Part shown: positions 27,032 to 38,444 of the stretch, one piece after another
Layout: the number at the start of each line of letters is the position of its first letter
Position numbering within the stretch: position 1 is the stretch's first letter
Assembly (NCBI GenBank): GCA_964016885.1
Contig: OZ024741.1
Coordinates: 314,278,001 to 314,342,000 of the forward strand
DNA length: 64,000 nucleotides
Direction: 5' to 3'
Origin: Eledone cirrhosa
Lineage: Eukaryota
The notes under the pieces: model-generated
What the model was told of the DNA's origin: nothing
What the model saw: only the letters and a program-made list of their open reading frames with translations
Database searches by the model: none
Position numbers and translations under genes: made by a program

Positions 27032-30000
27032 TATTTTTTTTATTTGGGGCTCCTTTTTTTATTTGGAGGGATCCGTTTTTTATATGGGGGTTCCTTTTTT
27101 ATTTGGGGCATCCTTTTTTATTTGAGGGGGATCCGCTTTTTATTTTGGGGGTCTGTTTTTTTTCTTTGGGGGGTTCAATTTTTATTTGGGGGTCCGTTTT
27201 TATTTGGGGTCCGTTTTTTTCTTTGGGTCTGTTTTTTTTCTTTGGGGTGTGTCCGTTTTTTATTTGGAGGGATCCGTTTTTTTTATTTTGAGGGGATAGT
27301 TTTTTTATTTGGGGTTGTTTTTTATTTTGGGGATCCGTTTTTTATTTGGGGGGTACGTTTATTTTTTGTGGGGGACCCATTTTTTATTTTGGTGTCCATT
27401 ATTTATTTGGGTGGAATATGTTTTTTATTTGGAGGGATCTATTTTTTATTTTGTGGGATAGGTTTTTATATGGGTGTCAGTTTTCTCTTTAGGTGGGACC
27501 GTTTTTTATTTGGAGCGGTTCCGTTATTTATATGCGGGATGGGTTTTTTATATGGGGGTTCCGTTTTTTATTTGGGGTAGGGGGGATACGTTTTAAATTC
27601 GGGGGATCCGTTTTTTTATTTTGGGCTCCTTTTTGATTTGGGGGTGGATCCGTTTTTGTTTATTTTTAGGGTTCCGTTTTTTATTCGGGGCGATCTGTTT
27701 TGGGGGGATCGCGTTTTATTTTTGGACATCCGTTTCTCATTTGGGGTGTCCGTTTTTTATTTGGGCTTGACCCGTTTTTTATTTGGGGTTCAATTATTTT
27801 TGGGTGGCATCGGTTTTTTATTTGGAGGGGATCTTTTTTTTCATTTGGAGGGACCCATTTTTTATTTGGGGTGTCCATTTATATTTGGCGTGACCTGTTT
27901 TTTATTTGGGGGGTCCGGTTTCTATTTGGGGGAAACAGTTTTTCATTTGGAAGGGATCCGTTTTTATTTGGAGGGGATCCGTTTTTTTATTTTGGAGGTC
28001 TGTTTTTTTGTTTGGGGGTCCGTATTTCATTTCGGGCTCGGGGGCTGCGTTTGTTTATTTTGGCGGGACAGGTTTCGATATGTTTTTTTTATTCCCGGTA
28101 GGGGGGGGGCGTTTTTTCTTTGGAGGTCCGTATTTTATTTGGAGGGTCCGTATTTTCTTTGGGGCTATGTTCTTTTATTTGAGGTGTATCCGTTTTTTAT
28201 ATGGAGGGATCCGCTTTTTATTTTGAGGGGATCCGTTTTTTATTTGGGGATCCGTTTTTTATTTGGGGCCCCATTTTTTATTTGGGGGCCATTTTTTATT
28301 TGGGGGGATATGTTTTTTATTTGTAGGGATCTATTTTTATTTTTATGTTATCGGTGTTTTATATGGGGCGTCCGTTTTTTATTTTGGGTCGGTTTTTTGT
28401 ATAGGGTTCTCCGTTTTTTCTTTAGGGGTTCGTTTTTTATTTGCAGGGAACTGTTTTTCTTTATTTGGGAGGCATCCGTTTTTTATTTGGAGGGGATCCG
28501 TTTTTTATTTTGGTGTCCGTTTATTATATGGGGGGGATCCGTTTTTTATTTGGAAGGGATCCGTTTTCTATTTGGGTGATCCGTTTTTTGGGGGGGGCGG
28601 ATCCGTATTTGATTTGGGGTCCGTTTTTTATTTGGTTGTTCCGCTTTTTATTCTGGCGGATCCGTCTTTTATTTGGCGGGATCCGTTTTATTACTTTGGG
28701 GGTCCGTTTTGTATTCAGGGGTATCCGTTTTTTAATTGGGGTGTACGTTTTTTATTTGCGGGGATCTGTTTATTATTTTGAGGGTATCCGTTTTACATTT
28801 GTAGGGGATCCGTTTTTTATTTGTGGGGTCCATTTTTTATTGGAGGGGATCCGTATTTTATTTGGTGGGTGATACGTTTTCTTTATTCGGGTGGTTCGTT
28901 TTTTATTCGGGGGTTTCCGTCTTTTATTTGGAGGATCTGTTTTTATTTGGGAGGCATGCGTTTTTTATTTGGAGGCATCGTGTTTTTTTCGCGCGATCCT
29001 TCTTTATTTGGAGGGATCCGTTTTTTATTTTGGGGATCCGATTTTTATACGGGCCCCGTTTTTATTTTGGGGATAAGATTTTTATTCGGGGATCCGTTAT
29101 TTATTTTGGGGGGATGTTTTTTTGTTCGGGCGGGGATGGGGGTGCTCCGGTTTTTTTTGCAGGTCCGTTTTTCTTTTGGAGGGTCCGTAGTTGGGGCTAT
29201 GTTTTTTTATTTAAGATGTATCTGTTTTTAATATGGAGGGATCGTTTTTTTTATTTTGAGGGGATCAGATGTTATTTGGAGGTGTGTGTGGGGGAGGGGG
29301 GCATTTTTTATTTGGGGGTCCATTTTTTACTTGGGAGTATGTTTTTTATTTGGAGGGATCTATTTTTATTTTGGGGTTATCGGTGTTTTTATATGGGGTG
29401 TCCGTTTATTATTTGTGGGTCCAGTTTATTCTTTGGGGGTCCATTTTTTATTTGCAGGGATCTGTTTTTTTTATTTGGGGGGCACCCATTTTTTTATCTG
29501 GAGGGGTTCCGTTTTTTATTTTGAGGGTATCCGTTTTTTATTTGGAGGGGTTCCGTTTTTTATTTTGAGGTCCGTTTATTATATGGGGGGGGGATAATTT
29601 TTTTATTTGGAGGGGTTCCGTTTTTTATTTGGTTGTTCCGTTTTTTATTCTGGCGGATCCGTTTTTTAATTGGCTATCCGTTTTTTATTTGGGTGTTCCG
29701 CTTTTTATTCTGGAGAATCTGTTTTTTATTTGGGGATCCGTTTTTTATTTGGCGGGATAGGTTTTTTTATTTTGATGGGATCTTTTTTTTATTTAGGGGG
29801 ATCCGTCTTTTATTTGAGGGGTATCCGTTTTTTATTTTGGGGGTCCGTTTTTTACTTTGAGTGATCGGTATTTAATATGGGGGTCATTTTCTATTTGGGG
29901 TATCCGTTTTTTACTTGAGGGGATAGGTTTTTTATTTTGTGGGTCTATTTTTTATTTGGGTTGTCCGTATTTCATTTCGGGAGGGGCGGGGTTCCGTTTG

Positions 30001-33000
30001 TTTATTTGGGCGAGACACGTTTCTATTTGGGAGTTGGTTATTTTATTCCTGGGGGGGGGGGCGTTTTTTCTTTGGAGGTTCGTTTTTTTATTTGGGGGAT
30101 CCGTAGTTTCTTAGGGGCTATGTTTTTTTATTTGGGGTGTATCCGTTTTTTTATTTGGAGGGATCCGTTTTTCATTTTGAGGGGATCCGTTTTTTATTTG
30201 GGGATCCGTTTTTATTTGGGGGAGGGTGCGTTTTTTATTTGTGTGGGTCTAATTTTTTTGGGGGGGCTCCATTTTTTATTTGGGGGGATATGTTTTTTAT
30301 TTGGAGGGATCTATTTTTTATTTTTGGGTGATCGGCTTTTTATATGGGGGGTACCTTTTTTATTTTGGGGCACCGTTTTTTATTTGAGGAGGAACCGCTT
30401 TTTATTTTGGGCGTCTGTTTTTTATTTGGGGTCCGTTTTTTTCTTTGGAGGTATGTTTTTTTTTGGGGGGGGGGTCTTTTTTTTATTTGGAGGGATCCGT
30501 TTTTATTTTGAGAGGTAGGTTTTTATTTGGGGATCCTTTTTTTATTTGGGGGATCCTTTTTTTATATGCGGGGTACGTTTATTGTTTGTGGGGAACCCAT
30601 TTTTCATTTTGGTGACCATTTATTATCTGGGGGGAATATTTTTTTTATTTGGAGGGATCTATTTTCTATTTTGGGGGATCGGTTTTTGTATGGGTGTCAG
30701 TTTTTTGTTTAGGGGGACCGTTTTTTATTTCGGGCGGGTCCGTTATTTATATGCGGGATGGGTTTTTTTATATGGGGGTTCCTTTTTTTATTTGGAAGGA
30801 GCCGTTTTCTATTTGTGGGAAACGGTTTTGCATTTGGAAGGGATCTGTTTTTTATGTGGGGTCGGTTTTTTTCGGGGGTGTCCGTTATCTCATTTGGAAG
30901 AATCGTTTTTTTCTTTCGGGGTCCGTTTTTTATTTGGGAATCCATATTTTATCTGGGGGGTTCATTTTTCTATTTGGGCCGGGTCCATTTTTTATTTGAG
31001 GAATCGGTTTTTTATTTGGGGATCCTTTTTTTAATTGTTGGCATCCGTTTTTATTTGTAGGGGATCCGTTTCTTATTTGGGGTTTATTTTTTTTTATTTG
31101 GGGCTCCTTTTTTTATTTGGAGGGACCGTTTTTTATATGAGGGTCCCTTTTTTATTTGGGAGTATCCTTTTTTATTTGAGGGGCATCCGCTTTTCATTTG
31201 GGGGTTTTGTTTTTTTTATTTGGGGGATTCTATTTTTATTTCGTGGTCCGTTTTTTATTTTGGGTCCGTTTTTTTCTTTGGGGCTATGTTTTTTTCTTTG
31301 GGGTGTCTCCATTTTTTATTTGGAGGCAACCGTTTTTTTTTTGAGCGGATAGATTTTTATTTGGGGGTTACGTTGTTTATTTTGGGGATCCGTTTTTTAT
31401 TTGGGGGGTACATTATTATTTGTGTGGGACCCATTTTTCATTCTGGTGTCCATTTTTTATTTGGGTGGAATATGTTTTTATATGGGTGTTAATTTTTTGT
31501 TTAGGGGGGACCGATTTTCATTTGGGGCGGGTCCGTTATTTATATGCGGGATGGGATTTTTATATGGGGGTCCCGTTTTTTTTGGGGGGGGGATACGTTT
31601 TAAATTCGGGGGATCGGTTTTTTTATTTTGGGGCTCCTTTTTTTATTTGGGGGGTGGATCCGTTTTTTTTTCATTTTTTGGTTCGTTTTTATTCGGGGCG
31701 ATCTGTTTTTGGGGGATCGCATTTTATTTTGGGGGATCCGTTTTTTATTTGGGTGTCTGTTTTTTATTTGGGCGTGACCCGTTTTTTATTTTGGGTTCAA
31801 TTTTTTGGGGGTGGCATCGGTTTTTTATTTGGAGGGGATCCGTTTTTCATTTGGAGGGAGCCATTTTTTATTTGGCGGGGAACCGTTTTTCATTTGGAAG
31901 GGATCCGTCTTCTATTTGTGGGGTCCGTTTTTTCGGGGGTAACCATTTTTTCATTTGGAAGACTGGTTTTTTCTTTCGGGGTCCGTTTTTATTTGGGGGA
32001 TCGGCTTTTTATTTCGGGGTATCCGTTTTTTATTTGAGAGGGAACCTCTTTTTATTTTGGGCATCTGTTTTTATATTTGGGGGTCCGTTTCTTTCTTTGG
32101 AGCTATATTTTTTTCTTTGGGGTGTGTCCGTTTTTTATTTGGAGGGATCCGTTTTTATTTTCAGGGACAGGTTTTTTATTTGGGGGAGCCGTTTTTTATT
32201 TGGGGGATCCGTTTTTTATATGGGGGGTACATTTATTATTTGTGGGGGACCCATTTTTTGTTTTGTTGTTCATTTATTATTTGGGGGGAATATTTTTTTT
32301 ATTTGAAGGGATCTATTTTTTTATTTTGGGGGCTCGGATTTTATATGGGTGTCAGTTTTTTGTTTAGGGGGAACCGTTTTTTATTTGGGGCGGATCCGTT
32401 ATTTATATGCGGGATGGTTTTTTTATATGGGGGTTCCGTTTTTTATTTTTTTGGGGGATACGTTTTTTATTCGGGGGATCCGTTTTTCATTTGGGGGCGG
32501 ATCCGTTTTTTTTTATTTTTATGTTCCGCTTCTTATTCTGGGCGATCTGTTTTAGGGAGATCTCTTTTTTTTTGGGGGGGGGGGGTCCGTTTTTTATTTG
32601 GGGTGGCCGTTTTTATTTGGCGTGACCCGATTTTTATTTGGCGTTCATATTTTATCTGGGGATCAACTTTTTGGAGTGGCATAGGTTTTTTTATTTGGAG
32701 GGGATCCGTTTTTCATTTGGAGAGAGCTGTTTTTTATTTGGAGGGAAACGTTTTTCATTTGGAAAGGATCCGTTTTTTTCGGGGTAACCGTTATTTCATT
32801 TGGAAGACTCGTTTTTTCTTTCGGGGTCCGGTTTTCACTTGGGGGAATCCGTTTTTTATTTGGAGGGATGTTTTTTTTAGGGGGGGGGGGTAATGTTTAT
32901 ATTAGGGGGATCGGCTTTTTATTTGGGGATCCTTTTTTATTTGGGGGCATCCGTTTTTTATTTGGAGGGGTCTGTTTTTTTTTTTTGGTGGGGGGGTCCG

Positions 33001-35499
33001 TTTTTTATTTGGAGGGTATCCGCTTTTTATTTGGGTGGTCCGTTTTTTATTTGGGTGATCCATTTTTTATTTGAGGGGATCCGTTTTTTATTTGCGGCGA
33101 TCCTTTTATTATTTTGAGGGATCTATTTTATATTTTGGAGGAATCGGTTTTTATATGGGTATCAATTTTTCTTTCGGGGGACGGTTTTTTATTTGGGGCG
33201 TGTTGGGTTTTTTATTTGGGCGTTCCGTTTTTTATTTTGGGGCTCCTTTTTTATTCGGGGTTGGGGGTAGGGGGTCAGTTTTTCATTTGGAGGGGATCCG
33301 TTTTTTATCTTTAGGTGTCCGTTTTGTATTTGGGGGCGGATCGGCTTTTTTATTTTTGGGGTCCGTTTTTTATTTGCGGGGATCCGTTTTTTTTATTTTG
33401 AGTAGATCAGTTTTATTATTTTGAGGGATCTATTTTTTATTTTGGGGGAATCGGTCTTTATATGGGTATCAGGTTTTTGTTTAGGGGGAATGTTTTTTAT
33501 TTGGGGCGGGTTGGGGTTTTTTGGGGGGCGTTCCATTCGGGTGATCCGTTTTATATTTTGGGGCTCCTTTTTTTATTCGAGGTGGGGGGGGGGGGTCAGT
33601 ATTTCATTCTGAGGGGTTCCGTTTTTTACTTTTAGGTGTCCGTTTTTTATTTGGGGCGGATCTTTTCTTTTATTTTTAGGGTCTATTTTTTATTCGGGGC
33701 GACCTGTTTTTTATTTGGTGTGTCCGTTTTTATTTGCGCGGATCTGTTTTTTATTTTTTGCCGGGGGGGGGGCGGATCCGTTTTTAATTCTGGGGGATCC
33801 GTTTTTATTTGGGGGTCCGTTTTTTCTTTGGGGCTCACTTCTTTTTGGGGGGAGGGGGTGGTATCCGTTTTTTATATGGGAGTCCCTGTTTTATTTGGGG
33901 GTATCCTATTTTTATGAGGGGGATCCGCTTTTTATTTCGGGGGTCTTTTATTTTATTTGGGGGTGGTTCGTTTTTTTGGGGGGGGTTCCGTTTTTGATTC
34001 GGGGCGATCTGTTTTTGGGGGCTCGCTTTTTATTTTGGGGGATCCGTTTTTTATTTTGGGGTGTCCGTTTTTTATTTGGGCATGACCCCTTTTTTATTTG
34101 GAGGTATTTGTTTTTTATTTGGGGGGTCCGTTTTTTATTCGAGCGATCCCTTTTTTATTTGGGGTATCCGTTTTTATTTACGGGAATCCGTCTTTTACTT
34201 TGAGTGGATCCGTTTTTTATTTTGGGGGCCGTTAATTATATTTGGGGCGTTTTTTATTTGGAGGGGATCTTTTTTTATTTGGGTGGTCCGTGTTTTATTC
34301 TGGGAGATCCGTTTTTTATTTTCGAGTCTGTTTTTTGTTTGGCTGTCCGTTTTTCATTTGGGTGTGTCCGTTTTCTATTTGGGGGTCCGTTTTTTTATTT
34401 GGGAATCCGTTTTTTCTTTGGGGGTCCGTATATTTATTTGGGCGCTTAACTTTTTTATTTTTGTGGGCGGGTATCCGTTTTTTATTTGGAGGGATCTATT
34501 TTCAATTTGGGGGGATCCTTTTTTTATTTGAGGGGAAACGTTTTTTTATTTAGGGGATTCATTTTTATTTGGGGTCCATTTTTTATTTGGGGTGATCCGT
34601 TTTTTATTTGGGGGGATATTTTACTAATTTGGATTGATCTATTTTTATTTAGGGTGGATCGGTTTTTTATATGGATTGTCCGTTGTTCATTTGGGGTGAT
34701 CCGTTTTTTATTTGGGCGTGACCCGTTTTTTATTTGGGGCGCTGTTTTTTATTTGGGGTTCCGTTTTTTATTTGTGGGGTCCGTATTTTTCCGGGGGTAT
34801 CAGTTATTTCATTTGGAGGTCTCGTTTTGCCTTTGGGGGTCCTATTTTTATTTGGAAGGATCTGTTTTTTATTTGGGGTGGATCCGTTTTTTATTGGGGA
34901 GTCCCTATTTTATTTGGCGGGTTCCGTTTTTTATTTGGGGCGGGTCCGTTTTTTATTTGGGCGTTCTTTTTTTATTTGGGGGCATCTGTTTTTTATTTGG
35001 AGGGGATCCGTTTTTTATTTGAGTGGTCCATTTAGGGTTGTCCTTTTTTCTCATTTGGGGCGCGTCCGTTATTTATATGCGGGATGGGTTTTTATTTGGG
35101 CGGTTCCGTTTTTTATTTGCGGGGTGGATACGGTTGTTATTCGGGAGATCCTTTATTATTTTGGGGCTCCATTTTTTATTAGGGCTGGGTTTTCCATTTC
35201 GAGGGAACCGTTTTTTCTTTGGGGGTCCGATTTTTATTTGGAGGGATCCATTTTTTATTTGGGGTTGATCCGTTTTTTATTTGGGAGTCCATATTTTATT
35301 TCGGGGTTCCGTTTTTTATTTGGGGCTGGCCCGTTTTTTATTTGGGGGATCGGCTTTTTATTTGGGCGTCTTTTTTTATTTGGGGGTATCCGTTTTTTAT
35401 TTGGAGGGGATCTGTTTTTTATTTGTGTGGTCTGTTTTTTATTCTGGTGGATCCGTTTTTTATTTGAAGGAGATCCGTTTTTTTATATGCTGAGATTTT

Positions 35500-37500
35500 T
35501 TTTATTATTTTGAGGGGATCCGATTTTCATTTGTAGTGGATCCGTTTTTTATTTGTGTGGTTTGTTTTTTATTTGGAGTGTATCATTTTTTTTTATTTTG
35601 GGTGCGTTTTTTATTTGGGAGGACCTGTTTTTCATTTGAGTGGGATCCGTCTTTACTTTGGGTGATCGGTTTTTTATTTTGGAGGTCTGTTTTTTGTTTA
35701 GGCGGTCCGTTTTTCATTTGGGTGTGTCCATTTGTTTATTCAGGCGGGACCCGTTTCCTATTTGGGTCCGTTTTTTATTTGGGGATCCGTCTTTTCTTTG
35801 GGGATCCGTATATTTATTTGGGCACTTCGTTTTTTCATTTTTGTGGGGGGATGGATGAGTTCCGTTTTATTTTATTTGGAGGATCTGTTTTCAATTTGGG
35901 GGGATCCTTTTTTTATTTGAGGGTATACGTTTTATTTGGGGATCCATTTTTTATTTTGGGACTCTTTTTTTATTCGGGGGTGGGTGGGGGTGTCCGTTTC
36001 TTATTCGGGGCGATCCCTTTTTCATTTGGGTGTTTCCGTTTTTTATTTTTCGGAATCCGTCATTTATTTTGAGTGGATCCGTTTTTTATTTTGGGGTCCG
36101 TTTATTATATGGGGGGGGGGGGGGCGATTTTTATTTGGAGGTTATCCGTTTTTTATTTGGGTGGTCCTTTTTTTATTCTGGGGGATCCGTTTTTTATTTG
36201 AGCGGATCCGTTTATTATTTTGGGGTCTGTTTTTTGGGGGGCGGTCCGTTTTTCATTTGGGTGTGTCCGATTGTTTATTTAGGCGGGCCCGTTTTCTATT
36301 TGGGCGTCCGTTTGTTTATTTGGGGATCGGCTTTTTCCTTTGGGATCCGTATATTTATTTGGGCGCTTCGTTTTTTTTTGTTTGTGGTGAGGGTGTGTGT
36401 GGGGGGGGGAGTATCCGTTTTTTATTTGGAGGGATCTGTTTTCAATTTGGGGGGATCCTTTTTTTAATTTGAGGGGGTTCGTTTTTTCATTTGGAGGGAT
36501 CTGTTTTTAATTTGGGGGCGGGGGCTTTTTTTAATTTGAGGGGATACGTTTTTTATTCGGGGTGACCCGTTTTTTTTGGGGTGGGATATATTTCTTATTT
36601 GGATTGATCTATTTTTATTTTGGGTGGATCGGTTTTTTATATGGGTGGTCCGTTGTTTATTTGGGGGGATCCGTTTTTTATTTGAGGGGGGATAGGGTTT
36701 TTTATTTTGGGGGTCCGTTTTTTATTTGAAGGAGATCTGTTTTTTATTTGCGGGGATTTTTTTTATTATTTTGAAGGGATCCGATTTTCTTTTGTAGTGG
36801 ATCCTTTTTTTAATTGTGTGGTCCGTTTTTTATTTGGAGTGGATCATTTTTTTTATTTGGCGTGCGTTTTTTATTTGGGAGGACCTGTTTTTCATTTGAG
36901 TGGGATCCGTCTTTTACATTGGGTGATCGGTTTTTTATTTTGGAGGTCTGTTTTCTGTTTGGGCGGTCCGTTTTTCATTTGGGTGTGTCCGTTTGTTTAT
37001 TCAGGCGGGACCCGTTTCCTATTTGGGTCCGTTTTTTATTTGGGGATCCGTCTTTTCTTTGGGGATCCGTATTTTTATATGGGCGCTTGGTTTTTTCATT
37101 TTTGTGTGGGGGGGGGGGGAGTATCCGTTTTATTTTATTTGGAGGATCTGTTTTCAATTTAGGGGGATCCTTTTTTTATTTGAGGGTATACGTTTTTTAT
37201 TTGGGGATCCATTTTTTATTTTGGGACTCCTTTTTTTATTCGGGGGTCGGGGTGTCGGTTTTTTTATTCGGGGCGATCCCTTTTTCATTTGGGGCGTCCG
37301 TTTTTTATTTGCCGGAATCCGTCATTTATTTTGAGTGGATCCGTTTTTTATTTTGGGGCCCGTTTATTATATGGGGAGGGGTCGATTTTTATTTGGAGGT
37401 TATCCTTTTTTTTATTTGGGTGGTCCTTTTTTTATTCTGGGGGATCCGTTTTTTATTTGAGCGGATCCGTTTATTATTTTGGGGTCTGTTTTGGGGGGGG
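35500..37500. repeat. Local higher-order duplication within the satellite (~1261-bp offset)
   Basis: gatccgattttc at 35517/36778, shared ttcaggcgggacccgtttcctatttggg, and ORFs 35732/36993 offset by 1261. Confidence 0.8.
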
Positions 37501-38444
37501 GGGGGGGCGGTCCGTTTTTTGTGAGGGGGGGTGGGCTGGACTATCAGTTTTTTATTTGGAGGGATCTGTTTTTAATTTGGGAGGGGTGTCCTTTTTTAAA
37601 TTTGAGGGATAGGTTTTTTTATTTGGGGGTCCGTTTTTATTTGGGGTTCCGTTTTGATTATTTGTGGGTTCCGTTTTTTATTAGGGGCGGGTCCGTTTTT
37701 TATTTAAGGGATCGTTTTCTTATTAGGAGGTCCTTTTTTATTTGGGGGTATCCGTTTTTTATTTGGAGGGGATGCGTTTTTTATTTGGGTGCTCCATTTA
37801 GGGTTGTCCTTTATTATTTGGCGCGGGTCCGTTATTTATATGCGTGATGGGTTCTTTATTTGGGCGGTTCCTTTTTTTATTTGCGGTGTGGACACGTTTG
37901 TTATTCGGGGTATTCTTTATTATTTTGGGGCTCCATTTTTTATTTGGGCTGGGTGCCCGTTTTCCATTTGGAGGGGATACGTTTTTCTTTGTGGGTTCGA
38001 TTTTTATTTGGAGGGATCTCTTTTTTATTTGGGGAGGATCCGTTTTTTATTTGGGAGTCCATATTTTATTTGGGGGGTTCCGCTTTTTATTTGGGACGGG
38101 TCCGTTTTTAATTTGGGGGATCGGTTTTTTTATTTGTGTGGTCTGTTTTTTATTTGGAGCGGATCAGTTTTTCATTTGAGTGGGATCCGTTTTTTACTTT
38201 GGGTGATCGTTTTTTTTATTTTGGGGGTCTGTTTTTCATTGGGGGTGGGGGTGTAGGTTCCGTTTGTTTATGTGGGGGGTTGTTTTTTTTTGGGGGGGGG
38301 GGTCCGTTTTTTATTTGGGGGTCCGTTTTTTTATTTGGGGGTCCGTTTTTTGTTTGGAACTATGTTTTTTTATTTACGTACTTACTTGTACTTACTTACG
38401 GGGGGGGGGGTCCGTTTTTTCTTTGGAACTATGTTTTTTTATTT

